DNA of 64,000 nt from the NCBI GenBank assembly GCA_016186955.1, contig JACPKP010000004.1, forward strand, positions 5,942 through 69,941, given 5' to 3'. Origin of the DNA: Candidatus Daviesbacteria bacterium. Its GTDB lineage: Bacteria > Patescibacteriota > Microgenomatia > Daviesbacterales > UBA10151. Of the stretch, positions 9,565 to 19,556 are shown piece after piece. Numbering within the stretch: the first letter of the stretch is position 1; every line of letters begins with the position of its first letter. Made by a program: the position numbers and the translations under genes. The notes under the pieces are model-generated. The model ran no database searches and had not been told where the DNA came from. It was given only the letters and a program-made list of their open reading frames with translations.

Positions 9565-10514
9565 AGTTAGTTATATCTATAATTATCCCAAATTTTAATG
9601 GTCTAAAACTATTAAAAATTTGTCTACAATCACTTAAGAAACAAACCTTTAAAAATTCCGAAATTATTATTGTTGATAACGGTTCTACCGACTCCTCGGT
9701 TGCATTTATAAAAGAAAATTATTCTAGTTGTCAGATTATTCAACTTGACAAAAATTATGGTTTTGCAAAAGCTGTAAATGAAGGCATTAAAAAATCTAAA
9801 GGAAAATATGTAGTACTTTTAAATAATGATACCGAAGTAGATAAAAATTTTTTAAAACACCTGGTGGAAACTGCTGATCAACAAGACGTTGGTTTTTTAA
9901 CGGCTAAAAGATTTAATTATTATAAAAGAAATTTAATCGATAGTGCGGGTGATGACATGGATTCTGCCGGGCACCTGATTCTTCGTGGATTTGGTCAAAA
10001 AAACTCTGCAGAATTTGATAAATCAGGCTATATATTTTTAGCTAGCGGGGGAAGCTGTTTAATTAAAAAAGAAGTCTTTGAAAAGATTGGCTATTTTGAT
10101 GAGGATTATTTTATGTACATGGAAGATGCAGATTTTTTCTTCAGGGCTCAACTGGCCGGGTTTAAGGGTTGGTACCAACCAAAGGCTTTGGTCTATCACA
10201 TGAGGATGGCGTCTTCAAAAAATCTTGATTTTGTTGAATATTTAAATTTTAGGAATATGATGGCAAATATTATTAAAAACTTTCCATGGTCTTTACTTAT
10301 ACATAATTTTAACTGGCTAAAAATTATTTTAGTAAATATTAATACAATAAGATACCTAAGCTGCAAAGGATTGTTATGGCAGGGCATTAAAGCTGAAGCA
10401 TATATTTTATATAATCTTCCTAAACTACTTAAAAAAAGAAAAAATATTCAGCAGAATAAAAAAGTCTCTGATGAATATATTATAAATAAAATTTTGAATA
10501 AAAAATTCATCTAA
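9561..10514 (+). CDS. glycosyltransferase family 2
   Basis: IIIPNFNG...EIIIVDNGSTDSS and LLNNDTEVD. Overlaps the previous gene by 4 nt. Confidence 0.8.
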   Translation: MKLVISIIIPNFNGLKLLKICLQSLKKQTFKNSEIIIVDNGSTDSSVAFIKENYSSCQIIQLDKNYGFAKAVNEGIKKSKGKYVVLLNNDTEVDKNFLKHLVETADQQDVGFLTAKRFNYYKRNLIDSAGDDMDSAGHLILRGFGQKNSAEFDKSGYIFLASGGSCLIKKEVFEKIGYFDEDYFMYMEDADFFFRAQLAGFKGWYQPKALVYHMRMASSKNLDFVEYLNFRNMMANIIKNFPWSLLIHNFNWLKIILVNINTIRYLSCKGLLWQGIKAEAYILYNLPKLLKKRKNIQQNKKVSDEYIINKILNKKFI

Positions 10515-10518
10515 AGTT

Positions 10519-11574
10519 ATGAAAATCCAAAAGAGTATTACAATATATTTTACTGCTTGGCTAATTACGGTAACGTTTATCCTATTTTTCAGCTATTTTT
10601 CAATTAGTCACGGTACAAAAGAAAAATTTGTGCAGAGTTTGGAAAATTGGGATGGCAGGCATTATCTGAATATAGCAAAAGATGGTTATACTCAAAACTT
10701 TCAATATGCATTTTTTCCACTTTTTCCTTTAATTGTCAGAATTATGACAGGGATAACACATAATTTTTTAGTTTCTGCAATTCTTATAAGTTTGTTAAGC
10801 TCTTTTTTGGCAATCAATATTTTTTATAATCTGATGAGGATAGAGTTTAAAAAAGCAGTAGCTGAAAAGGGAGTTTTTTTTCTACTCTTTTTTCCAACTT
10901 CATTTTATCTTTTGATGTCTTACTCAGAAGGGTTATTTATTCTATTTGTCATGTTAAGTTTTTACTATTTAAGAAAGAAAAAAATACTTTTTTCAGTTAT
11001 TTTTGCAAGTTTAGCTTCCGCTACCAGACTTGCGGGTTTGGCGGTTGTTTTAGCCCTGATGGTGGATATTTTATCAAATCATTCTTTACACCGTAAAAAA
11101 TGGCTCATCTTAATTGCCCCGACAGGATTTTTAAGTTATTGCCTATATCTGTTTTCAAAAACAGGAGACCCTTTTTATTTTCTGACTTCACAGCTGCATT
11201 GGATGAGAAGTTTAGCTATTCCCGGCTTAAATATATGGGAAACCTTGCGTGTGGTATCTTTCCCGGGATTATTGTTGAAATATCCTAATATGGCAATTGA
11301 TTTAATATTTACCATTTTTCTAATAGGGATGGTTTTGAGGAGCTTTAGATTCTTACCCTTCTCATATGGGGTCTATGGACTAATCTCATTACTTCTTCCA
11401 CTTACTACACCAACTTTAATGTCAATGCCAAGATTTATTTTACCCATATTTCCGATTTTTATTTTATTGGCAAAAATTAATAACCAGTATTTTATTTTTA
11501 TATACCAGTTGGTTTCAATAATGCTGCTTTCAGCCTTTGCAGTAATGTATATTAATGGTTATTGGGTGAGTTAA
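10519..11574 (+). CDS. GT-C fold membrane glycosyltransferase, PIG-V/Mannosyl_trans2-like
   Basis: Multi-TM protein. WDGRHYLNIAKDGYT resembles the FDxEHFLxIAExGY motif of the PIG-V/GPI-mannosyltransferase II family. Confidence 0.5.
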   Translation: MKIQKSITIYFTAWLITVTFILFFSYFSISHGTKEKFVQSLENWDGRHYLNIAKDGYTQNFQYAFFPLFPLIVRIMTGITHNFLVSAILISLLSSFLAINIFYNLMRIEFKKAVAEKGVFFLLFFPTSFYLLMSYSEGLFILFVMLSFYYLRKKKILFSVIFASLASATRLAGLAVVLALMVDILSNHSLHRKKWLILIAPTGFLSYCLYLFSKTGDPFYFLTSQLHWMRSLAIPGLNIWETLRVVSFPGLLLKYPNMAIDLIFTIFLIGMVLRSFRFLPFSYGVYGLISLLLPLTTPTLMSMPRFILPIFPIFILLAKINNQYFIFIYQLVSIMLLSAFAVMYINGYWVS

Positions 11575-11581
11575 GGTAATA

Positions 11582-12316
11582 CTACTGCGGCAAGTAAGTG
11601 ACCCTTCTCTCAACCTGGGAGGTATTCCCGACCAGGTTTGTTGCAACTACAGTAATGACATTATCACCTTCATTTATATCAACCGTTTTGGAAAAATTAC
11701 CATCGCCGTTTATGATTACCGTATTTCCGTTAATTGCCAGTGAGCTTGTTGCATCAGTTTTACCTGAAACACTGACTTTTTTATCTCCTCCCTGAATTTG
11801 TTGTCCGTCTGCAGGCTCGCTCAACTCAAGTTTTGGTTTTTCACTACTGTATAGTAGTTTAATTGTTTTAGAAGGGAGGCTTTTTTTACCATCTTCATTG
11901 ACCGTCAGGCCGTAAATGTTATTTGTACCCAGTGACAAAGGAATAGCATCCGATTGAAAGCTACCGTTCTCCCCAGCTGTTGTTTCATTTTTTAATTCAT
12001 TATCAATATATATTTCAACTTTATACTTTGGTGTTGAGTAACCGGAAATTTTAATTGTAGCGCTGTTTGTAGCATCAAAGGGGATATTTAAAACAGGCGG
12101 GGCGATAACTGTCTCTTCGGATACGGAGTTTACCTTTGTGCTGGGTTTAAATTTATTAAAGAAAGATAATCCTCCGATTAAGGCCGGCAGCCCCCAAGTT
12201 GCCATAAAGTAAATCAGGCTGAATATAACAATCACACTAAGTAGAATATTCCTTCTGCTTTTTTTCTCTAGCCTTCTGATAGATCTTGGTTGGTAAGTAG
12301 ATCTGTAGCGCTGCAT
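11582..12316 (-). CDS. hypothetical membrane-anchored secreted protein
   Basis: Basic N-terminus followed by one TM helix. The remainder is T/S/N/G-rich and beta-rich. Confidence 0.5.
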   Translation of the reverse strand: MQRYRSTYQPRSIRRLEKKSRRNILLSVIVIFSLIYFMATWGLPALIGGLSFFNKFKPSTKVNSVSEETVIAPPVLNIPFDATNSATIKISGYSTPKYKVEIYIDNELKNETTAGENGSFQSDAIPLSLGTNNIYGLTVNEDGKKSLPSKTIKLLYSSEKPKLELSEPADGQQIQGGDKKVSVSGKTDATSSLAINGNTVIINGDGNFSKTVDINEGDNVITVVATNLVGNTSQVERRVTYLPQ

Positions 12317-12340
12317 ATTTAGATTATATCAAGTTTTGGG

Positions 12341-12412
12341 AGCCGATGGACGGAATCGGACCGTCACTCTTACGCTTACGAAGCGTCTGCTTTACCATTA
12401 AGCTACATCGGC
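12341..12412 (-). tRNA. tRNA-Thr (anticodon CGT)
   Basis: Reverse complement gives GCCGATG-TA-GCTT-AATGGTA-AAGC-A-GACGC-TTCGTAA-GCGTA-AGAGT-GACGG-TCCGATT-CCGTC-CATCGGC-T. There is a G27/A43 mismatch and an unusual T-loop TCCGATT. Confidence 0.65.
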
Positions 12413-12482
12413 ATAACTATATGAAGTTGCATTTTAATATTTTACATCAAACAGGAGGATATTTTTAGTGTAAAATGGCTTC

Positions 12483-13160
12483 ATGCTTAAAAAATTGAAT
12501 TACCTGGTAGCCTCTCTTTTACCCTCAAAAATCTACTGGTACTGGGCTGGTTTAATTCACCCCTGGCAGGCTGTCTTGGAGGATGCTTCTATGCCAGAAG
12601 AGGTTTATAACAGGGGAGTGGAGTTTGTTGCTATTTTAACAACCTTAAAGTTGATCAATAAAAACAGTAGGCTGCTTGATATCGGTTGTGGGGTGGGTAG
12701 GATGGAGTATGCTTTATGCAGAAAGGTTCAAAGTTGTACAGGCGTCGATATATCTGCATCAATGGTTCGTTTGGCCAAAAGATATGTTAACCAAAATAAT
12801 GTGTGTTTTGCAGTTACTAATGGAAAAGATTTAAAGGTTTTTAAAAACAATAATTTTAATTTGGTGATATCTATACTTGTGTTTCAGCATGTACCCAGGA
12901 AAATTTTTACAAATTACTTGAAAGAAAGTTTTAGAGTTTTAGATTATAAGGGTAAGTTATTTTTTCAGATACCAACAGATGAGTCAGGAGTACAAAAAGA
13001 TCCTGCAAAAAACCATCCATGGGCTTTGCGTTACTACCAGACTGAAAAACTCCAAAAAACGTTGGGAAAGATAGGATTTAAGCGTATTAATTTTTTTAAT
13101 ACAAAGGGATTAAAATTCAAAAAACAGGATAACCAGGCTCTGGTTCTGGCTGTAAAATAG
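12483..13160 (+). CDS. class I SAM-dependent methyltransferase
   Basis: Motif I LLDIGCGVGRMEYAL and motif II-like NLVISILVFQHV. Confidence 0.7.
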   Translation: MLKKLNYLVASLLPSKIYWYWAGLIHPWQAVLEDASMPEEVYNRGVEFVAILTTLKLINKNSRLLDIGCGVGRMEYALCRKVQSCTGVDISASMVRLAKRYVNQNNVCFAVTNGKDLKVFKNNNFNLVISILVFQHVPRKIFTNYLKESFRVLDYKGKLFFQIPTDESGVQKDPAKNHPWALRYYQTEKLQKTLGKIGFKRINFFNTKGLKFKKQDNQALVLAVK

Positions 13161-13301
13161 TGGTGGGACAGCATTTCTGACCTAGAACTAAAGAAACAAG
13201 AAATACTTCCTTTACAGTTCTATTATAACGATATTGACCTTAAAATTCTTCATTTTGCTTCTAGTAATAACAATTTTCTACAAAGTCTAGCTAATTAGCC
13301 T

Positions 13302-13901
13302 ATGGATATAAGAAAAGAAGTGATACAAACATTTGAAGAAGAATTTATTCAACAACACGTTTCTGATAGCGTGTACCGTAGTATCGTAAAAGAACTATCT
13401 GGTGCGAAAGACCCAAAAAGGCGTGGTAGGAAGATAGAATTAACCGCCGAAAAACTCCATAACTTTTTGTTTTATCTATCCCTCGGCCATACGTACAAGG
13501 ATTCGGCTATTTACGCACATATCCCAGAAAATACCAGGCAAAAGTATATGGCTAGTTCTGAAACATTTCAGCGGGTAGCTAGCCTTGCAAAGGACAATTT
13601 AACAATGCAAGCGCGATTAGCCTTGGCGTTTGCTATAGAGGGGTGTAAGCCATGCTACCGTGCCTTTATGCACCCTGTAACAAAAGAAGCAATTTATATA
13701 CTCGTGTCAGAACGACAACCAAATGTTCGTGCCGCAATGTGGTATTTAGACCAAATAAAATACTTTGAAAAATTAAGTGAAAAAAGGGGTGATTCACAAC
13801 AACTTGGCGCACCAAGAAATGAAGAAGAAGCTAGTTTGCTAGAAGAACTTCTAAATAGACATTACGATTACGTAAGAAGCAAAGAACAGGAAGATAAATA
13901 A
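13302..13901 (+). CDS. hypothetical protein (island cargo)
   Basis: 199-aa ORF with no recognisable motif. G+C is visibly higher than in the surrounding core sequence. Confidence 0.5.
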   Translation: MDIRKEVIQTFEEEFIQQHVSDSVYRSIVKELSGAKDPKRRGRKIELTAEKLHNFLFYLSLGHTYKDSAIYAHIPENTRQKYMASSETFQRVASLAKDNLTMQARLALAFAIEGCKPCYRAFMHPVTKEAIYILVSERQPNVRAAMWYLDQIKYFEKLSEKRGDSQQLGAPRNEEEASLLEELLNRHYDYVRSKEQEDK

Positions 13902-13925
13902 CCCAATATCAGATATAATTCCACT

Positions 13926-14426
13926 ATGCTTTATATATTAACAGGGCTTCCATATTCAGGAAAAACAACTTTAACTAAAGAACTAGTAAATCGTTTTGGG
14001 TTTATAAAAGTTTCTATGGACGACGTTATAGACGAAAAAGGCCTTGAAGTCGAAGATATGTCGCAAGAAGATTGGAATACCGTTTATTCAGAAGGGTATG
14101 AGAAGCTAAAAACACTGCTGGAAGAAGGCGAGACGGTAGTTTTAGACCTTGGTAATCTTAAAAGAAGCGAACGACAAACAGCTAGAAATATAGCAGAAAG
14201 TTTAGGTAAAAAGTTCAAAGTTATCTATCTTAATGTTCCATTAGAGGAAATCAAAAGACGGTGGGAAGTTAACGAAAAAACACAAGAACGGGGTCAGCTT
14301 GAAGAAGTAACACTTAAACGGGCATTAGATATGTTTCAAAAACCGACCGAAGACGAAGAATATATTACCTACAATCAACAAATGGATTTAGATAAGTGGA
14401 TTGAAGAAAATATAAAGTCTTCTTAA
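13926..14426 (+). CDS. P-loop kinase (AAA_33/polynucleotide-kinase-like)
   Basis: Walker A ILTGLPYSGKTTL near the N-terminus. Small (166 aa) kinase-only fold. Confidence 0.6.
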   Translation: MLYILTGLPYSGKTTLTKELVNRFGFIKVSMDDVIDEKGLEVEDMSQEDWNTVYSEGYEKLKTLLEEGETVVLDLGNLKRSERQTARNIAESLGKKFKVIYLNVPLEEIKRRWEVNEKTQERGQLEEVTLKRALDMFQKPTEDEEYITYNQQMDLDKWIEENIKSS

Positions 14427-15433
14427 ATAATCGTAATTATTGAAGGCGTTTGTCCTAAAAATCCTATTTGAAACTTTTCTATCTTCTTATTTGGGAAAAA
14501 TGCCTTAGCGTGTTTAATTAGCAAATCTGGTTTGGATACTAGCAGGCATAATCTTCCGTCTGGTTTTAGAATACGGGCATATTCTGATAGCGAACCGACG
14601 TATAAATCTGTAACGCTTTTAATTTCAATTTGTTTGTCCCATGGCAAATTAGATACAGCGAAATCGAACTGCTTATCCTTCCATGGTGCTTTTAGGGCGT
14701 CTAACCTTTTAATCTTGCTTTCTGTTTTACACCCCAAATTAGATAAGTTCTGTAGAGTAGCCTCGACTGCCATATTTTCGATATCGCCACCAAAAATATC
14801 ATTACCTGCAAGATACGCTTCGGCAAGTATCGTTCCACTACCACAGAAATTATCTACGACTATACCTTTATCGCCCAACGTCGCGAGTTTAACCATGGAG
14901 TTAGCAATACTAGGTCTTAGACCGCCCTTAGAAGAAACGGTGCGGTAACTCCTATGAAATAATGGCTTCTCAGTGAGACGCACTGAAACATAGAGTTCTT
15001 TATTGTCTATAAAAACACGAATATCAAAATTAGAATGGTCGAGTTCTGTATATTCCCAGTTATAGTCTTCACCAATAACCTTACTTAGAGAACTTTGAAG
15101 TTCTTCTACCTTAATTTTTGTTTTCGCAAGGCTAAAAGTAACAGAAAAAGTATTGTTAACTTTTCGGTACTGTTCTATTTGTTCCTTTGCAGATTTAAGG
15201 TTAATATCTCTAAAAATGTTTAGAACGTCCTCTACCCTGGATATTTCACCCGTAGCAAGTAACAAGCAAATATCATCAACAGTTTTTAGGTCAGTTAACA
15301 CTTTACTATATTTAGTTTCGAAGACAATTCGTTTAGGTTTTAGGTCGACAAAGTTTACTTCACGAACCAAGTTTTGAATTTCTTGCTTCGCAACTTCCTC
15401 TAATCCTTTTACTGTGTACGCTATTATTTTCAT
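14423..15433 (-). CDS. THUMP-domain class I SAM-dependent (RNA m2G/N6-A type) methyltransferase
   Basis: Motif I VVDNFCGSGTILAEA and motif IV NLPWD (amino-methyltransferase (D/N)PP(Y/W) box). The N-terminal ~150 aa are THUMP-like. Confidence 0.55.
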   Translation of the reverse strand: MKIIAYTVKGLEEVAKQEIQNLVREVNFVDLKPKRIVFETKYSKVLTDLKTVDDICLLLATGEISRVEDVLNIFRDINLKSAKEQIEQYRKVNNTFSVTFSLAKTKIKVEELQSSLSKVIGEDYNWEYTELDHSNFDIRVFIDNKELYVSVRLTEKPLFHRSYRTVSSKGGLRPSIANSMVKLATLGDKGIVVDNFCGSGTILAEAYLAGNDIFGGDIENMAVEATLQNLSNLGCKTESKIKRLDALKAPWKDKQFDFAVSNLPWDKQIEIKSVTDLYVGSLSEYARILKPDGRLCLLVSKPDLLIKHAKAFFPNKKIEKFQIGFLGQTPSIITII

Positions 15434-15443
15434 ATTATGTTTT

Positions 15444-16259
15444 CTAAATGGCTTGACGCCTAAAGTCTAAGTATAAAGCTACAAACTTTGGCCTAGGCAT
15501 TCCATTCTTAACGTCGCGCTTTTCTTCTTTTTCCACTTTCTTTGATTCTGAACTTAAAGTTTTTTTGTCAAAATCATAGTTAATAAGCATACCTTCTTTA
15601 AGATATTTCGATAACTTCTTTTCTTCTGATTCTCTAATCGCCACCTTACACATACTTAATAGGTTTAAGGTCTTTTTATCTACTAAGTCGCATTGGTATT
15701 TTAAGTAATTAAGCATTTCTAAATAAACACCTATCTTACTAAAGTCGATTTTGCCTTGCTTGTGGTCTTCGATAATTTGGTTCACTACACCATTTGTATA
15801 TTGAAAATCCGAGTTAAGGGATTCAACCATTGAATATGCTTCGGCATATTCGTTAATAAGGTCTAAATTAAGAAGTTTCAGACTAAGTCCGGTACTTATT
15901 GAAATGTTATAAAAGCGTAGTATTATTCGGATATTATTGTCATTTGTATTTTGCAGAGCATCTTCAACAGACGCGATATTTCTTGACATATTTACTCTAA
16001 CGGGAATTAATTCGTGTTCGATTTGTACTACTGTATTTCTGTGGTCGAAATATTTATCACGCCGTAGCTGGTTTATCCTTCTTCGTGATTCAAAGTAATT
16101 GGAAAATAAGGCGGCGAAGAATCCCCCTAGAAAAGCGGATAATACTATTTGAAAGGTATTATCTTGTAACAGATTTCCTATGGACGAAGGAATACTGGTA
16201 ATAAATAAAACTGCACTATTTGAAGCGATATTATTCATAATTAATTCTTTTGCCGTCAA
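15444..16259 (-). CDS. hypothetical membrane protein (island cargo)
   Basis: Two N-terminal TM helices (ITSIPSSIGNLL..., IVLSAFLGGFFAALF). No motif recognised. Confidence 0.45.
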   Translation of the reverse strand: MTAKELIMNNIASNSAVLFITSIPSSIGNLLQDNTFQIVLSAFLGGFFAALFSNYFESRRRINQLRRDKYFDHRNTVVQIEHELIPVRVNMSRNIASVEDALQNTNDNNIRIILRFYNISISTGLSLKLLNLDLINEYAEAYSMVESLNSDFQYTNGVVNQIIEDHKQGKIDFSKIGVYLEMLNYLKYQCDLVDKKTLNLLSMCKVAIRESEEKKLSKYLKEGMLINYDFDKKTLSSESKKVEKEEKRDVKNGMPRPKFVALYLDFRRQAI

Positions 16260-16443
16260 TAATCTTTTGAATGTCTTCTAGTTTGTATCGTCTGTCTTGA
16301 CGCTTGCCAATCCGTATAGCTTTTAGGCGACCTTCATTATCCCAACGTCGCAATGTTTGGGGATTAACACTTAATAGTTCGGCCGCTTCTTTAATTCGTA
16401 AAAGCTTTATTTTACCAGTCATAACTTGTACTAAATTATACAT
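16231..16443 (-). CDS. MerR/excisionase-type HTH DNA-binding protein (Xis-like)
   Basis: IKEAAELLSVNPQTLRRWDNEGRLKAIRIG matches the MerR-type/excisionase HTH pattern. 70 aa, adjacent to the recombinase. Confidence 0.55.
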   Translation of the reverse strand: MYNLVQVMTGKIKLLRIKEAAELLSVNPQTLRRWDNEGRLKAIRIGKRQDRRYKLEDIQKIIDGKRINYE

Positions 16444-16469
16444 TTTTTAGTTATAATGTGTAAGTATCT

Positions 16470-16868
16470 ATGAAGAAAAGAAATAAGAAATACGAGCTTC
16501 CCGACTTTGCAGACGATATATTCATGCCTGACGATTTAATGAAGGTTCTTGTGGAACGTAATGGGTGTAAATACTTCTGGGGTATACCTTACAGAATTTA
16601 TAAATCTAGTCGATTTCAGAACATGGAAGAACTTTATAAAGACGAAGACTTAGAGGCACTAGGCGGGGTTTTGTTAGATATTCTCGTAGTTAATAAGTAT
16701 TCAATCGACTTCAAACAAAAAACGGGCGTACAGAAGCTACAAGTGGTCGTGCGGTCATCGGAAAGCGAAGATAAACAACTACTTCATAAGTTGGCTACTG
16801 GGATTCGAGCAAACGATAAACCATTGAATAGAGATAGCATTCCAGGAACTAATAACGACAATGAATAA
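16470..16868 (+). CDS. hypothetical protein
   Basis: 132-aa ORF immediately upstream of, and overlapping, the recombinase gene. Confidence 0.4.
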   Translation: MKKRNKKYELPDFADDIFMPDDLMKVLVERNGCKYFWGIPYRIYKSSRFQNMEELYKDEDLEALGGVLLDILVVNKYSIDFKQKTGVQKLQVVVRSSESEDKQLLHKLATGIRANDKPLNRDSIPGTNNDNE

Positions 16869-18598
16869 ACAACAAACCGTACCACTTCGAGCCGCAGTTT
16901 ACCTTCGTGTATCTACGGACGACCAGATAGAAAAATACGGCATACCTTTACAGAAGGCCGCCGTTGACGCGGTAGTTAATTCTAAGGGAAAACTAGACGA
17001 CGGTTCACCAGCTATGGTACTGGCTGGCGAACCGTACATTTATAAAGACGAAGGGATTAGTGGCACAACACCACTAGAAGAACGACCAGGTTTCGTACTA
17101 TTGAAGGAAGATATTGAAAACGCGCCAGGTGGCGCAAAACCCTTCGATATTGTGGCCGTTTATCGTATCGACAGATTCGCCCGAAAACTAAAAATTCTTT
17201 TAGAAGTAATTGACTACTTCGAGGCACATGATATCCAGTTCATTTCGGCTAACGAAAGCATAGATACTTCTACACCGTTTGGTAAGGCCATGCTCGGTAT
17301 TATTGGTGTGATAGCTGAACTCGAACGGGAAACGACCAAAGCCAGAACACAGGCGGGTAAAGAACAAGCTATCGAACGCGGTGTCTACATGGGTGCAAGT
17401 GCGCGATACGGTTACATTAAGAATAAAGATAAGCGTCTTGAAATCTTCCCACCAGAAGCCGACGTAGTTCGTAACATTTTCGAAATGTTTGTGGTCGAAA
17501 AAAGAAACACGCAGCAAATTGCTGACCGTCTTACAGATAAAAAAATTCTTACCCCATTACCTTCTGCACTTCATTATGGGAAAAGAACAACTGGCAAAAC
17601 AAAGGTTAATGACCTTTATTTCTGGCGGGGTTCCACAGTTAGAGATATTGTAAAAGACGAAGTATATCTGGGAATCTATTACTACAATAAAAACCAAGGA
17701 AGCAAACGCCTAGATAGGTCTTTATGGAAGGAATCACCTTTACTTACTGTCTGGCCTATTAAAATGCCACGCTTGCTACGACGCCAATTCTGACCGCGAC
17801 CCGCTAAACTGGACGGGTACGAGTAAAGTTATAAAGAAAAACAACAAGCGTGTGTATTATTACCAATGCGGCGCAAAAAATACCAAAAAATACTCGACTG
17901 TCTGTAAAGCTATACCCTTCCCAGCGGACGAAATCGAACAATTTGTAACAGGCTTTGTAAAAGACCTTCTAAGCGACCCTGAAAGTGTCTATAACCATGT
18001 TAATTCCCTTCAATCGACTAAGGCTAAGAAACGACAGCTAGAGAAAAAACAGTCCGAATTAACAAAGCTATTTAATGAACTTCCGCGCCGACGTCAAAAT
18101 ATACAGCGAATGTATAAACGCGGCGACATTGGCGACAGTGAATACGACAAAGAAATGGAAGGTATAAAGGCTAAAGAAGTTGAATATAAGACAGATTTAG
18201 GGGCAATACAATTACAAATCGGCGAAAGTAAATTGTCAGATATTTATGCTCGCACACTTAAATTGTTTGCTAAGAAGTACAAACCATTCTTAGACGGCCT
18301 AATGACTGACAGACAAGAAGTATCAGAACTGATACACCTAATAGTCGATAGAATCCATGTCTACACACGTAAGGCGACTAAAAACGACAAAATAGCGGGT
18401 CGTAAGAAGGAAGACCAGGTCATCCCGTACCAAGTGAGGATAGACTTACGCTTACCACAAGACATGATGAAGCGGTTCTCCCAACAAGGGAAGTTCGAAG
18501 TCAAAAATGCTGAATTGAGCGGGAGACGGGATTCGAACCCGCGGCCTTCTCCTTGGGAAGGAGACATACTACCACTATACTACTCCCGCAATAAATAA
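16861..18598 (+). CDS. large serine recombinase, apparently frameshifted (two ORFs: 16861..17793 frame 1; frame 2 open 17714..18598)
   Basis: N-terminal AAVYLRVSTDDQ catalytic-serine motif and the resolvase/recombinase domains lie in ORF1. The zinc ribbon (LKCHACYDAN...YYYQCGAK) and coiled coil lie in frame 2, which is already open from 17714. The 3' end reads through tRNA-Gly on the opposite strand. Confidence 0.75.
18518..18589 (-). tRNA. tRNA-Gly (anticodon CCC)
   Basis: Reverse complement gives GCGGGAG-TA-GTAT-AGTGGTA-GTAT-G-TCTCC-TTCCCAA-GGAGA-AGGCC-GCGGG-TTCGAAT-CCCGT-CTCCCGC-T. Confidence 0.85.
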
Positions 18599-18733
18599 AT
18601 TATACCAAATCCGCAAAATACTATTTTGATATCTTATGATATCTTGACAATTTTTCTCAAAAACCCTAATAATGAAATATCGCATCAATTGTTCAAAGGC
18701 CTTGAATAATAGCGACAAAAGGGGGTGAGTTAA

Positions 18734-19042
18734 TTGGCAGAAAGAAATTTGGAGAATGTAGAAGTTTCTGAAGAGGCTGTTACAGACTATGCAAAAAAAG
18801 GGTTTGGTTTGGTAGGTGAGTACGCTTGGACTCTTGCAAAATATGGAGCGGGTTTAGGGGTTTCAGGATGGGGATTAGAAAAAGGTTACAACTTTGTTGC
18901 TGGACTTCCAGTACTTAGTAATGTAAACACCTTGATTGGTAGTATCGACCATGCCCCAGCAGTCATAGCTGTTTTAGCAACCGGCTTTGCCGGATGGCGA
19001 GCGAAGAAGCATGTAGATAACTGGTTGGAGAAACATGCTTAA
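18734..19042 (+). CDS. hypothetical small Gly/Ala-rich protein
   Basis: 102-aa ORF followed by a clear intrinsic terminator. Confidence 0.4.
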   Translation: MAERNLENVEVSEEAVTDYAKKGFGLVGEYAWTLAKYGAGLGVSGWGLEKGYNFVAGLPVLSNVNTLIGSIDHAPAVIAVLATGFAGWRAKKHVDNWLEKHA

Positions 19043-19098
19043 AGTGTAAGAAACCCTGAATAATAGCTAATATTTTAGGAGTTTCTGGAAATTATTTA

Positions 19099-19132
19099 AA
19101 ATACCCCTCACTGCAGTGCGGGGTATTTTTTA
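19099..19132 (+). terminator. rho-independent terminator
   Basis: ATACCCC-TCACTGCAGTG-CGGGGTAT hairpin followed by a run of T. Confidence 0.6.
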
Positions 19133-19191
19133 TTGGAGGAAAGATATGTATCATTCTGGAGCGTACTGAACTAAAACTGTCACCCTGAGTG

Positions 19192-19479
19192 TTAACGAAG
19201 GGTATAAGCCAAATCATTCCACTCATCGTTGAATTGATTAATCAATTTATCTTTTTTAAATCTTGTCCAACCCTTTATTCTCTTTTCTCCAGCTATTGCT
19301 TGATTCACATCAGAAAACTCTTCATAGTAAACAAGTTTATTTAAGTTATATTTTTCAGTATATCCATAAATTAATTTACGTTTATGTTCCAATACTCTTC
19401 GTTCTAAGTCATTAGTGATACCAACGTAAAGCATTTTGTTATTCTTTGTTGTGAGTATATAAACATAATAACTCTTCAT
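19192..19479 (-). CDS. GIY-YIG nuclease family protein (small, COG2827-like)
   Basis: YVYILTTKNNKMLYVGITNDLERRVLEHK carries the GIY...YIG and R...E motifs. 95 aa. Confidence 0.8.
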   Translation of the reverse strand: MKSYYVYILTTKNNKMLYVGITNDLERRVLEHKRKLIYGYTEKYNLNKLVYYEEFSDVNQAIAGEKRIKGWTRFKKDKLINQFNDEWNDLAYTLR

Positions 19480-19556
19480 TTAGTTATATTCTTCGCTTCG
19501 CTCAGAATGACAAGAGAGTTCTTTAATGATAAAAAAACTACATAATAACACCTGAT

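Noticed and set aside
12341-12412. Considered the tRNA-Thr a pseudogene because of the G27/A43 mismatch and the TCCGATT T-loop
   Set aside because: The overall cloverleaf, acceptor stem and anticodon loop are intact. Non-canonical 27-43 pairs and T-loop variation occur in reduced genomes. It is kept as a tRNA with lowered confidence.
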